From contig CAVWBU010000027.1 of assembly GCA_963753345.1 (NCBI GenBank), positions 256,001 to 320,000 on the forward strand: a stretch of 64,000 nucleotides of DNA. The letters are read 5' to 3'. The stretch is from an uncultured Fibrobacterota bacterium (lineage in GTDB: Bacteria > Fibrobacterota > Chitinivibrionia > Chitinivibrionales > FEN-1185). Position numbers and translations under genes: made by a program. Below, in pieces: positions 19,276 to 28,729 of this stretch. Position 1 is the stretch's first letter. The number at the start of each line of letters is the position of its first letter. Under the pieces are notes generated by a model, which was given only the letters and a program-made list of their open reading frames with translations, was not told the origin of the DNA and did no database searches.

Positions 19276-19977
19276 CTATTTCTCTATGATTGTGGCTGCC
19301 AACTTATAGTGATACCCGTTGAAGGGCTTCGTCAAACTGATGCAGAGCAAACAACCCTTTGACTTTAGAAGTACCTTTCGCGCCGGACTACCCGGTCCTG
19401 GAAACGGCTTGAAGTACTTGATGTCAATATCCGGGTCAGTAATGGCAAGATCAAAATCCGACCCGCCATAGGAAAATAGTGCACGCCGTCGTTTCTGGTC
19501 ATGGCCTTCAAATTCGTTGTAAATTGTTGATATTTGCATGCGAAAATTCGCAGGTTCCACGATGCAAAGAGATGACTTTGATTTTTGTGAAAGGAAGAAG
19601 GTTGATGAAACCCTATCGGACATCCTACGCGGTTCAATCCAAAGATTCTGAGGATGTTCAGTAAGAACAGCTAGTGATTCTTTTCGCAAAGTCCCGATTC
19701 TTTCCCAGCGGCCGGGCGAAATCAGCCAGTTCTCCGGCTGGGTTTCGGACGGGGCAGGTTCAATGCAGGGAAGTTTGACGATGTCCAATATGCCGGGAGT
19801 GTTACCGTTTGAATATGAAATGTCATGAAGTGACAGAGCGCCATCATCATGTTGTGAGACCGGTCTTATCCAGACCCCAGCCACAAGACGGCCCGTTTTC
19901 CGGATAATTTCCTTTCCTGCCACGCAGTATTGTCCGTGCTTGACAGACCTTGCAAGAATCACTATTTCCTTTTGCAT
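19276..19977 (-). CDS. Dual OB-domain-like protein
   Basis: LARSVKHGQYCVAG, WIRPVS, QPENW, RALFSY..LAITDP, ISL..YKLAATII. It lies adjacent to the DUF488 genes. Confidence 0.7.
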   Translation of the reverse strand: MQKEIVILARSVKHGQYCVAGKEIIRKTGRLVAGVWIRPVSQHDDGALSLHDISYSNGNTPGILDIVKLPCIEPAPSETQPENWLISPGRWERIGTLRKESLAVLTEHPQNLWIEPRRMSDRVSSTFFLSQKSKSSLCIVEPANFRMQISTIYNEFEGHDQKRRRALFSYGGSDFDLAITDPDIDIKYFKPFPGPGSPARKVLLKSKGCLLCISLTKPFNGYHYKLAATIIEK

Positions 19978-20097
19978 TTAGCCACCCGCCACGACAGAAG
20001 ATAATGGCGCCTCAGAGAAAAATGCATAATGCAGCTGTCAAAAGCACGATTTTGGTGCAAGGTTTCTACATCCAGTTGCCGCTACAGAACATGTAAT

Positions 20098-20322
20098 GTC
20101 TTTCGCCTCGGTTTTTCCGCGCGGGGCTCGTCCACCTGCTCGATAACCTGGAACGGCAATACAATGTTCGTAACTTCGTTGGTCTTGCCGTTCCACACAA
20201 GCTCGACCTCGCGCTTGTCTTCGAACAACAGGAAACGGTACTTGTCCGGAAGCGGCTTGTCCGCTTCGATGCGGCGGCTTTGAGGGCTTCGGATTTATTG
20301 TGAGCCAGTCGAGAAGGGGCAT
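20098..20322 (-). pseudogene. Fused 5' remnants of type III-like DNA methyltransferase (mod) genes
   Basis: MPLLDWL(frameshift)NKSEALKAA is followed by IEADKPLPDKYRFLLFEDKREVELVWNGKTNEVTNIVLPFQVIEQVDEPRAEKP. Both recall N-termini of site-specific DNA methyltransferases, and no catalytic domain follows. Confidence 0.6.
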
Positions 20323-20862
20323 TTGTGAAGAGGTCTCCTATTGCGGCTTCAGAAAGGTGCGACTTTGAACGATCAATCTTAAAATAGGATTTGAGAAGGG
20401 GGGTGGCGTGGGATTTCGGAGAACCAGAGTCGAATGCCGTGGGAATAATGATGCGATAACTAAATAAATCAAATTCAATTTTGGATTGCTGAGCCGGTGC
20501 GGCGCGGATGTACCCGTGGCAAGACCAGCAACAAGATAAGAAAGAATTGGGCGTTCCCCTCCCCCTCGACTTCGCTCGGGGTCGGGTCGGCCGTCCTTAC
20601 GGTCTCGGCTTCGCCTCGGGCTGCCTGCCACATAGGCCCTGCGGGCCGTGGTCAGGCAGCACCGTGCTCCAGCACGGCCTCCAGTCCTGCCTAACGCTGG
20701 GCAGAGGGACATTACCCATCTGTCAATAACTGCTGCGCAAATACAAATGAGGAAATGTCTTTAGCAATCCACATTCCGCATTCCGCAATCTACAATTCTT
20801 CCCATCTCCCCCGCGATCAGTTCCGCCTGCTTCATCCTTGATTGTGCGCCGACGGTAAAGAA

Positions 20863-20993
20863 TACTGTTGAGGCCTGCACTGAGCCCTTCGACAGCGCTT
20901 CGTCAAGCTCAGCACGAGGCTCAGGACAAGCTTCGTCGAAGTGACGACAGTGGCACACGGTTGGGATTCTCGGTGATGCAACTCACCCGTGCG
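20863..20993. repeat. Junction motif copy with REP insert (20873-20942)
   Basis: actgttgag[gcctgcactgagc...gtcgaagt]gacgacagtggcacac...cacccgtgcg. Confidence 0.7.
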
Positions 20994-20997
20994 GATG

Positions 20998-23730
20998 CTA
21001 GTGTGCATACTGGTTCAGGATGGATTTGAGTCTATGATCCTCACCGGATTCGTTCGTTTTGAATCTATAGAGCGGAATTCCACACAGCGCAAACGCTTTG
21101 TTTTTGATCGTGTCCCGTACCGATTGTTCGATATTTTGCTCGTGATGCCTTATCCCATCCACTTCAAGAGCAAATAATGGTTTCCTGCTTGTGCTGTTAT
21201 AAAACAAAAAGTCCACATGCGTCCACGGATGGGTTATGTACTGCTTTTCCCTCTGATCCAGTCCTGTTAAATCGGTGATGAGTTTCCCCACTCTCGCATG
21301 CATTGTAAATGAAATGTATGGATAGTTCTTAAGCATGGCCGATATGAGTTGGTTCATCAGGAGCTCGGTAAAGTGTTCCCGGCTTTTTTTCCGATATTGC
21401 GCAATCAATTCATCCCTGTGTTCACCATAGAGCTTATCGAATATCGATGTGATTACCGATTCCCTCGTTACCGAATGGCCATACAGATACTCGATGTAAT
21501 CGATAAGGTCTTTTATGGTGTTGTTTGATGAATGATAAACCTTGTCCGATACGACAATGGTGACCTTTTTGATTCCCCTCGATATTGCCACATTCAAAAG
21601 TTCTTTATTGGTTATGAAATCATACAATCGGTTCTCAGTTGCAATATCACTTTTGTCCAATGAGTTAACCACAAACGACAAAACGACTTCTTCCTTCTGC
21701 CGGCCCTGATATTTATGGACGGTGTCGGCTTCGATTCCAGTCTCTTTGAATTTTTTACGAATCATGTCCGCCTGACATCTGAACGGCGTTATCACACCGG
21801 TGTCTTTTAATGGGGCGCCCTGCAACAAAACGCCTATTTCATCAATCTCCCGCTCATTGTATTGACCCCTGCCATTGGGGTTTCTTCTTGCATGATTGCC
21901 TGGAACGGTTTTGATGACGTTTAAATGTATACCATCGTTTTTCGTCATGACAATCAATTCATTATCGTAGAACATTTTATTGCAGAAACCTATGATGTCG
22001 GGAGCACAGCGATAATGTTCTTTGAGCAAAGTCGTCGGTACGTGGGGAATCGCGGTTTTCACGGACCTAAGGATGGAATTGGATTCATACCGGAAGCAGA
22101 AGTCTATACCGAATTTTTTCGACAACTCCCTCGAATGTGGAACCAAACTTTCGTCTTCGATTTCCTGGAGTTGTTTTGAGTCACCGACGACCACAAGGTT
22201 TCTTGCGCAACTGATGGCCAAAATACTGCTCAGCAGGTCACCCTGGGACGCTTCATCGATGATCAGATAGTCGAGCAGAAGTCTTTGCCCGACATTGTTA
22301 AGCAACGAATGCGACGTACTTAAAATGACAGGATAGCGCTTTACAAAGTGAGCGAAATCCGTTTTGTAGTTTTTAGGAGTGAATGATGCCGTATCTTCGT
22401 TCTTATATCGCTGATACAGCAAACCGGAAAAAACCCGGAGGGACAGATTTTGAAGTTCTTCCTTGAGCTCGGCACCTTTGTTCTTGACAATATATTTTTG
22501 ATGTTCTTTAATCAGGTTCCTAATCTCACGCCTTTTCGCAACATAGAACAATCTTTCCGCCGCATCCAGAAGTTTCCCATTGGCTTCCCTCCTGACCCGG
22601 GTTTTGAATTTTCTTTTTATCAGGTAACGTGCAAACACTCCGAGCGGCTTGCCCGATTCGAGTTTGATTTTCAACTTCAGATATTCTTCCGACGCAAGAT
22701 CGGGTTTTATTTGACAACCTTCCGTCATGCCGGCCCTGAGATGTTCCAATTCTTTTTCGAGCTCGGCCAGCTCAACCCTCTTTTTTGCCACCACGTTCTC
22801 GGCTTCATGCACTTGTTTTAAAATGCTTCCGAGTTTGTCGATTCTCGCGCCGATGGTTTCCGGGAGGGGTTTGAAATCGCCGTCAAGGAAGGCGGTCAGT
22901 TCACTCTCGCCCGCCGACGAGAAAAAAGCGTCAACGCGTTCTTTGCTGCCTAACAACGCAACGAAGAACGCGTGCTTTTCCTCGTTGAGTTTGTCATACA
23001 CATTTTGGATCGCAGCGTTATTGTTCGATACAACGGCGCACGTATATCCGTTTGCCACGATATTGGCGATCAGGTTCAATATCGTCTGTGTTTTTCCCGT
23101 TCCGGGTGGGCCTTCGATGACGGATATGTTATTGCCCAATGCATTTTCGATTGCCGCTCTTTGACTTTGATTGAAACTGAACGGGAGTATGATAGAACAC
23201 TGCTTCCCGATGTCCCGGCAACGTCCCTTGAAGTAGTCAAAAAGACACGAATTCTCGCTAAAGGAAATTCTCTTGAAGTTTTTCGAAAGATAATGCAGCG
23301 GAGATTTTTCTTCCGCTATTTCCAATCCCTTTTCCGCGAGCGCGGTATAATATTGCCGGATCTTTCTGTATCTATCGCTTTCGAACCGGACCTGATCGGT
23401 CAGGAAGTCTTTATCTCCGATATATACGCGATAGTATCCTTTTTCAAATTCGTCAACCCGGACCGCATCTACGACTTTATGGTCGACAAGGACCTCAATA
23501 TTTTCAAGCGGGACCGTTCTCAGGCAGTCGAGGACATTAACGCGATCTTGCGTGTAAAAATACTTTTGCTTGCCCCCTCTGAAGTATATGGCATAACCTG
23601 TAAATCTGCCATGCGAAAAGGCCTCATACATTGCCGATATTTGCTTTGTTTTGTCTTCCCATGCACCCGTCTCACATTTACAGAGAAGAATTCTCCTCTT
23701 TTGCGGGTCGATATTGACTCTTTCAGACAA
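20998..23730 (-). CDS. SF1 (Upf1/DNA2-like, AAA_11/AAA_12) helicase with C-terminal DUF2726-like nuclease domain
   Basis: GPPGTGKT, IIDEASQ, VGDSKQL, EHYRC, DTVHKYQGRQ, NVAISRG, C-terminal HVDFL..LEVDG..H..RDTIKN. Confidence 0.88.
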   Translation of the reverse strand: MSERVNIDPQKRRILLCKCETGAWEDKTKQISAMYEAFSHGRFTGYAIYFRGGKQKYFYTQDRVNVLDCLRTVPLENIEVLVDHKVVDAVRVDEFEKGYYRVYIGDKDFLTDQVRFESDRYRKIRQYYTALAEKGLEIAEEKSPLHYLSKNFKRISFSENSCLFDYFKGRCRDIGKQCSIILPFSFNQSQRAAIENALGNNISVIEGPPGTGKTQTILNLIANIVANGYTCAVVSNNNAAIQNVYDKLNEEKHAFFVALLGSKERVDAFFSSAGESELTAFLDGDFKPLPETIGARIDKLGSILKQVHEAENVVAKKRVELAELEKELEHLRAGMTEGCQIKPDLASEEYLKLKIKLESGKPLGVFARYLIKRKFKTRVRREANGKLLDAAERLFYVAKRREIRNLIKEHQKYIVKNKGAELKEELQNLSLRVFSGLLYQRYKNEDTASFTPKNYKTDFAHFVKRYPVILSTSHSLLNNVGQRLLLDYLIIDEASQGDLLSSILAISCARNLVVVGDSKQLQEIEDESLVPHSRELSKKFGIDFCFRYESNSILRSVKTAIPHVPTTLLKEHYRCAPDIIGFCNKMFYDNELIVMTKNDGIHLNVIKTVPGNHARRNPNGRGQYNEREIDEIGVLLQGAPLKDTGVITPFRCQADMIRKKFKETGIEADTVHKYQGRQKEEVVLSFVVNSLDKSDIATENRLYDFITNKELLNVAISRGIKKVTIVVSDKVYHSSNNTIKDLIDYIEYLYGHSVTRESVITSIFDKLYGEHRDELIAQYRKKSREHFTELLMNQLISAMLKNYPYISFTMHARVGKLITDLTGLDQREKQYITHPWTHVDFLFYNSTSRKPLFALEVDGIRHHEQNIEQSVRDTIKNKAFALCGIPLYRFKTNESGEDHRLKSILNQYAH

Positions 23731-23873
23731 AGATGTATCTCCTCAAAGATCAATAGGCCCAATTTTATTCAGTTTCCATGCAACCGCCCTCCGTGTCCGT
23801 CTATAATCTCGCCATCTGACGCAATGCACAACGGAGTCTTGAAGGCTGCCTGGGCGACAACAAACGGGAAGGG

Positions 23874-23984
23874 GCACTGCCGAGGCCTGCACTGAGCAGC
23901 GCGCTGCACTGAGCTTCGCCGAAGGGTCGAAGTGATGGCAGTGGCAATCGATTGTGATTCATTATAACACGAGGCACCCGTGCG
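23874..23984. repeat. Junction motif copy with REP insert (23885-23933)
   Basis: gcactgccgag[gcctgcactgagc...gtcgaagt]gatggcagtggca...gcacccgtgcg. Confidence 0.75.
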
Positions 23985-23998
23985 ACAAAATCTGGTAG

Positions 23999-24856
23999 CT
24001 ACGCTAACCGCACATTGCCGCCGAACAATTTCTTTGGATCAAAGCCCGGACCCGTTAATTTCTGTCTTGTTGCCATCATGTCATATAGGGGAAACAGATA
24101 GACCAAGTTCTGTTTCATTTCTTCAACGATGTTCTCGACACTGATTCTTGGGTCATCCTGCTCATATAATTTTCTAATTCCGGAATACCCTTCGGTGTGA
24201 CTCTTCTTTATGAACTGAAATAGATCCTTCTTGTCAATTCCGGTATCTAACGGAAAATTCTCATCGTTCACCACGTAATTGAATCCTTGACCAAGAAGCG
24301 GCTGGAGCCTCGTCCAATAACTGTCTCCAAAGTTGGGGTTTTTTCTCAAATTCTTTAAAAACTCCGACTTATCATATCTGTTCTTATCGGTAAAAATGAG
24401 GTAAGCCCCAAAGTCGGCGTTGCTTATGTAGAACTGGATCCTGGTATGAACGTAAAAGGCGTTGTAGTAATCTGCGTCATCTCTTTGACTGAATTGGTAT
24501 ACGCCGGGCAAATCTCTGTAGAAGTTGAGTTGCTCTTTGCTCTTTCCATAATGGAGCCACAACCATCCGATTTGCTTGACAATAGGTTGCCAGCGCCCGA
24601 CGGGTCCTTCTTTGTCGTCGGTTTCTCCGGTATCAACTCTTATCCAAATGAAATGGGTTGAGGAGGTGTAATGCTGTTTTTGATGGTGCCGGTGAAGGTC
24701 CCACCCTTGGGATTCAATAAACTTGAACAGCGGAGCATCTAGCCACAGGAATTCATCGCGGACTCTTTCTCTTTCCAAGCGTATTTGAGGAGTGTCATTC
24801 TCGTCCTTAGGCGGAGTAAAAGCATCGTAGTGTTTTTTGGTAAAGAGTTGAGACAT
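23999..24856 (-). CDS. Hypothetical protein (285 aa)
   Basis: Long AT-rich ORF with an AAGGAG RBS and no recognised motif. Confidence 0.75.
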   Translation of the reverse strand: MSQLFTKKHYDAFTPPKDENDTPQIRLERERVRDEFLWLDAPLFKFIESQGWDLHRHHQKQHYTSSTHFIWIRVDTGETDDKEGPVGRWQPIVKQIGWLWLHYGKSKEQLNFYRDLPGVYQFSQRDDADYYNAFYVHTRIQFYISNADFGAYLIFTDKNRYDKSEFLKNLRKNPNFGDSYWTRLQPLLGQGFNYVVNDENFPLDTGIDKKDLFQFIKKSHTEGYSGIRKLYEQDDPRISVENIVEEMKQNLVYLFPLYDMMATRQKLTGPGFDPKKLFGGNVRLA

Positions 24857-25039
24857 ACCCTTGCTCCTTTCGAATGAAATGAACTGAATTACCTTTTACA
24901 AACATTTCCTTTGTCCGCGCGTTTGGGGAACGCAACCACCCCTGCAAATCACCATCGTTTTGTAACAAATTGGCACTGTTATCCGCGTATGCCGCGTTAC
25001 CATGGGCTCATTTCAGATGTGATTGCGACGCCGTGAGCT

Positions 25040-25657
25040 CTACCTCGGTATCCTTGATCGTGTGTGGTCTGTGACAAGCACTGGCTGAACGACAGGCGGC
25101 AGATTGACCGGCTCTTGCAGGCGAAGGTACCATTGAATGCATCTAACCGTCCCCCCGAATTGCAAGCGCGCATATTGAACGACACTGCCTTTTTCCCTGG
25201 CTGAAGCAAGGAGGTCCTTCGCATCGAGTGCATGCGCTTGCCGCGGACCGCCGAAGTGCGGCATGTATCCTTCGTAAAGGATCAAACGGTAATCCGCACC
25301 CGCTTTCAGGAGTTCGTGAAGCAAATTGACCGCAGCGAAAGCCATAGCAATCCCAGCCCCAAGGTACCAATAATGGGTAGGATCCTCAAACGGCAAGCGG
25401 CCAGCCGGGTTGTTCCTTTCATCAAAGACAAAGAACAACGGCGCCTCAACAATCAAATGCAATTCGGGGAGCGACCACTTGGCGAGGAAGGAAACCATGT
25501 CGCCGTAAGTCGAATCCTGGCTCTCGAAAGTATCCCCCTGACGCTTCGAGATACCGCAGGAAGGGTTCTTTCCGGCGGCGAAACCGATGTCAAGAGCGAC
25601 AAGGCTGTCGTCGGGAGCGGAGGTGAGAAGAGGAATGGTGCCGTTAGTGATTTGCAT
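25040..25657 (-). CDS. Putative RNase H-fold nuclease (DUF429-like)
   Basis: VALDIGF, IVEAPL, LYEGY and HALDA acidic motifs are spaced as in DUF429. Confidence 0.55.
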   Translation of the reverse strand: MQITNGTIPLLTSAPDDSLVALDIGFAAGKNPSCGISKRQGDTFESQDSTYGDMVSFLAKWSLPELHLIVEAPLFFVFDERNNPAGRLPFEDPTHYWYLGAGIAMAFAAVNLLHELLKAGADYRLILYEGYMPHFGGPRQAHALDAKDLLASAREKGSVVQYARLQFGGTVRCIQWYLRLQEPVNLPPVVQPVLVTDHTRSRIPR

Positions 25658-25850
25658 GGGATTGAATCTCCGTTACAATGAAAATGGCCCGACCGTAGAA
25701 GGAGCGCTTCGGCTTCCGCGCCTGAGAATTATCCTGAAAAGTAGAATGTCTGGCAACGTTTCGGCCCCGATGCCGATGCTCGTCAAGGGCGCCCCCTGGC
25801 ATGTTGTAGACACTTGGGACCTGCTTCTCGGTCACCTTCTGAACCCCGAG

Positions 25851-26189
25851 CTAACCAGCTGCGTCATGGTCCTCAACTTGAGCGTCTTTTTGCGATGATT
25901 GCTTCCAATATCTTTCGTATTCTGGCAAGTATAGTCGTTCGGATTCGTCTATGAATTCCTTCCTTCTTCCTTTGAGATCTCGTAACTTCTCGTAAATCAT
26001 CTTGTAGACGATTTGATGTGCCTGGTTCTTGATTAAATCATCGGTATACTCGTCGAACTCAACATCCTCGTGCAACGTCAAATCCACAAGCCTAAGCAGA
26101 TCCTCCTTTGAGATCTTGCTGACATCCGCGTATGCACCATGTTCTTTGAGATAGGAACCCAAATTGTTCTCAATCCTTAGTAGCTTCAT
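25851..26189 (-). CDS. Small acidic helical protein coupled to the PHP-ATPase
   Basis: MKLLRIENN... with an AGGAGG RBS, overlapping the end of the upstream gene. Confidence 0.7.
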   Translation of the reverse strand: MKLLRIENNLGSYLKEHGAYADVSKISKEDLLRLVDLTLHEDVEFDEYTDDLIKNQAHQIVYKMIYEKLRDLKGRRKEFIDESERLYLPEYERYWKQSSQKDAQVEDHDAAG

Positions 26190-28212
26190 ATATCCGCCTC
26201 CTGTCATCGTAGGTATCTTGGCCAGCTTCAAGCGAGTTCATCACCACCTCATGATTGCCCTTTGTTTTGCCGTCTGTGGAAAACAGCTTCTTGTCCGTGG
26301 GCCGACCCGAATAGAGCCTGTATACCAAATTGCCACCTTCACGCTCCTTGCTTGCATATAGCAAGTAGTCCGCGCCGATGGAGGCTCCGACCGTGCTGTT
26401 GTGCGTTACAACAACAACTGGCATTGATTTCGAGATGTCTCTAATAAGCTGGTCTACGTCGCTCTTTAGGAACATATTGTCGAATGAGGACTCCGGTTCA
26501 TCAATCAGCAGCATATCGTGGTTCTGCGCGTCCTTTATCTCCTGTAGAAGTCTAAATTCGGACCGCTCGCCGCCGGAGACTTCTGCCCCATCCTTGTTAA
26601 GGATTCTGTAATTGATCTTTGCAAACAGCCTATACAACTCTGATGGAGTCAGACTCTGGTTGGATTTGAGGGCTTGTAAGTATTTGTAAGGATGCTCATA
26701 TTGTTTAAAGGCCTCTTTGAATGTAGTTACAACTCCGCTTGCGTCTTTGATTTCGCCAGCCCCGGCAAAGGATCCTTTTCTCGCCTCTACTCTGAATCCC
26801 TGAACGTTCTCCTCAGAGATTACGGCTTCTTTCCGCAGGAAACGCACTATGTCTGTGAATTTTCTAATCCTTTCCTCGTCCATTCTTGCTCCGTAAAAAT
26901 CCACATCAGCGACCTGAACCGCTGACGTTCGCATTCTAAGGCTTTCCTTGATATCTTTGACCAAAGAGTTCACAAGCCTCTTCCTCTTAATCTCCAGCGC
27001 CTTCCCCCAGAGGAGATCGATCAACTCACATGCTAGGTTTTTCAGGGAAGTAACGTCAAGGTATTTTTCGACTACCGACCTATATTCAACGTTTTCGATC
27101 ACATGACGTACGGATTCAATCAATTCTTGCAACACGCGGCTTTGGCTTATTGGGTATTCCACTTCACTGAAGAGGGCCATCTGTGAATAGGCGTCTCGCC
27201 TTTCTGCATCCTCTGCAGTCTTTAGCAGAGATGTGATATATTGCTCAATAGCCCGATTATTGGAATTCAAGTCAATATCGATGACGTCATCAAGAACTGC
27301 TTTGAACCCGGATAGGTACCCTTTGATAAAGCAACTTCGTTTTCTTTGAACGTCATTTTTGAAATCCCGCTCGCATGCGTCCTCATCTTGCTGAACTAAT
27401 GAGAACTGATGAATGTACTTAACGTTTCTATTTGCTTCATTGATTCGGTTCAGGGTATATGTTTTCCCGGACGACCTGTCGCCAATGAGAACATTAAGGC
27501 CCGTCGACAGCTTCTGGCCATTCTCAAGCACCTGAAACAATCGGTTCCCGTCTGCTTCGGACAGCGCAACCTTTCTCTTGTCTTTAAGGCATATTTTGAA
27601 AGCGTCCAGTGACACCTCCCCGCAATCCATATAGGTTTGCCTTGTTGGGAGCGTAGCCAGATCCTCGCTGATTCTCACGTCACTAAACAGAGCAGGCGTG
27701 AGCTTTGACCCATCCTTCAAGGCACGTATGAATTTCTTAGCGCTATCAACCTCTCCGGCCGATACATAACGCCTAATTCGCTCCAATGTCTCGCCCCTTA
27801 TCGAAGGGTCTTTGTCGTAGTGAGGTATGATTAGGTATTCACCCAAGTTCCCAAATATCTTTTCAAGTTTTTCGACCGCAATGCTACCCCCTACTTGAGG
27901 GATTTCTCGGGATATGGAATCGGTCTTGGCCTCAAAATCTTCTAGATCAGACCCGTCGGCAATCACCAAGATGTGTCCCATTTCTACATGAATCTCTATC
28001 CCCGGGAAGACCGGGGCATTCAGCGATTCCTTAATAGTTCTGAATTGGCTGCCATCAAATAGATTGTGATTGGTTACTGCTATGGCATCCAGTCCAGTAT
28101 TTGAAACGTACCTTCTTAGGTTTTCAAGACTGAAGACGAATGGACTGTCCCAGCACGTTGCCAATGTGTGAACATGGAAATCAATCTTCTTCAAGAGCGC
28201 CTCCGGGAGCAA
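26170..28212 (-). CDS. PHP phosphoesterase + ABC-type ATPase (Ppl/TrlF-like defence protein)
   Basis: KIDFHVHT, IAVTNHN, PGIEI, FSD; GDRSSGKT; VSGGE; LLIDEPE; VTHN. Confidence 0.85.
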   Translation of the reverse strand: MLPEALLKKIDFHVHTLATCWDSPFVFSLENLRRYVSNTGLDAIAVTNHNLFDGSQFRTIKESLNAPVFPGIEIHVEMGHILVIADGSDLEDFEAKTDSISREIPQVGGSIAVEKLEKIFGNLGEYLIIPHYDKDPSIRGETLERIRRYVSAGEVDSAKKFIRALKDGSKLTPALFSDVRISEDLATLPTRQTYMDCGEVSLDAFKICLKDKRKVALSEADGNRLFQVLENGQKLSTGLNVLIGDRSSGKTYTLNRINEANRNVKYIHQFSLVQQDEDACERDFKNDVQRKRSCFIKGYLSGFKAVLDDVIDIDLNSNNRAIEQYITSLLKTAEDAERRDAYSQMALFSEVEYPISQSRVLQELIESVRHVIENVEYRSVVEKYLDVTSLKNLACELIDLLWGKALEIKRKRLVNSLVKDIKESLRMRTSAVQVADVDFYGARMDEERIRKFTDIVRFLRKEAVISEENVQGFRVEARKGSFAGAGEIKDASGVVTTFKEAFKQYEHPYKYLQALKSNQSLTPSELYRLFAKINYRILNKDGAEVSGGERSEFRLLQEIKDAQNHDMLLIDEPESSFDNMFLKSDVDQLIRDISKSMPVVVVTHNSTVGASIGADYLLYASKEREGGNLVYRLYSGRPTDKKLFSTDGKTKGNHEVVMNSLEAGQDTYDDRRRIYEATKD

Positions 28213-28357
28213 AGGACTTCACCATAGACAATGAAAACGGCAGACGTAACTCCGAATCCCAGGCCTTAGTTTCGTGCCACACACTTGCCCTGGGTGCCCA
28301 CCTTCCTCATCCTTGCCAAATCATATCATTGCATGAAGCCCCACGTGAGTAGCTATT

Positions 28358-28729
28358 TCACCCCGCCCCTCTCCCCATCTCCTCCGCAATAATCTTCCCC
28401 AGCACTTTCAGCGGCACCGGCTTTCCCAGCACGGTCACGTTGAGCGCTTTCATTTCCTTTTCCGCGATTTCCGGAATAAACCCTGAGAGCAACACTTTTC
28501 TCACGTGGGCGGGCGCGGCCGCGGCGAGTTGCATGCCGTCAACAACGGGCATCCTGTAATCGGTTACCAGAAGATCGATGGGATTGTTCTGCACGAAATC
28601 GCGCGCGGTTTGGGCATTGGTGAAGCTATGGACTTGCGCCTGGGGAGCTTCAAGGTTTATGAAGCTTGTCAGGATGTCTGTGATGAACTGTTCGTCGTCC
28701 ACGACCACTACTTCGAGCTCGAGTTTCAT
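28358..28729 (-). CDS. Single-domain response regulator (receiver), copy B
   Basis: Near-identical to 16864-17235. Confidence 0.9.
   Translation of the reverse strand: MKLELEVVVVDDEQFITDILTSFINLEAPQAQVHSFTNAQTARDFVQNNPIDLLVTDYRMPVVDGMQLAAAAPAHVRKVLLSGFIPEIAEKEMKALNVTVLGKPVPLKVLGKIIAEEMGRGAG

Noticed and set aside
20761-20860. Gene MKQAELIAGEMGRIVDC
   Set aside because: Too short. It may be an HsdR or receiver C-terminal scar followed by heptamer repeats, but it cannot be assigned.
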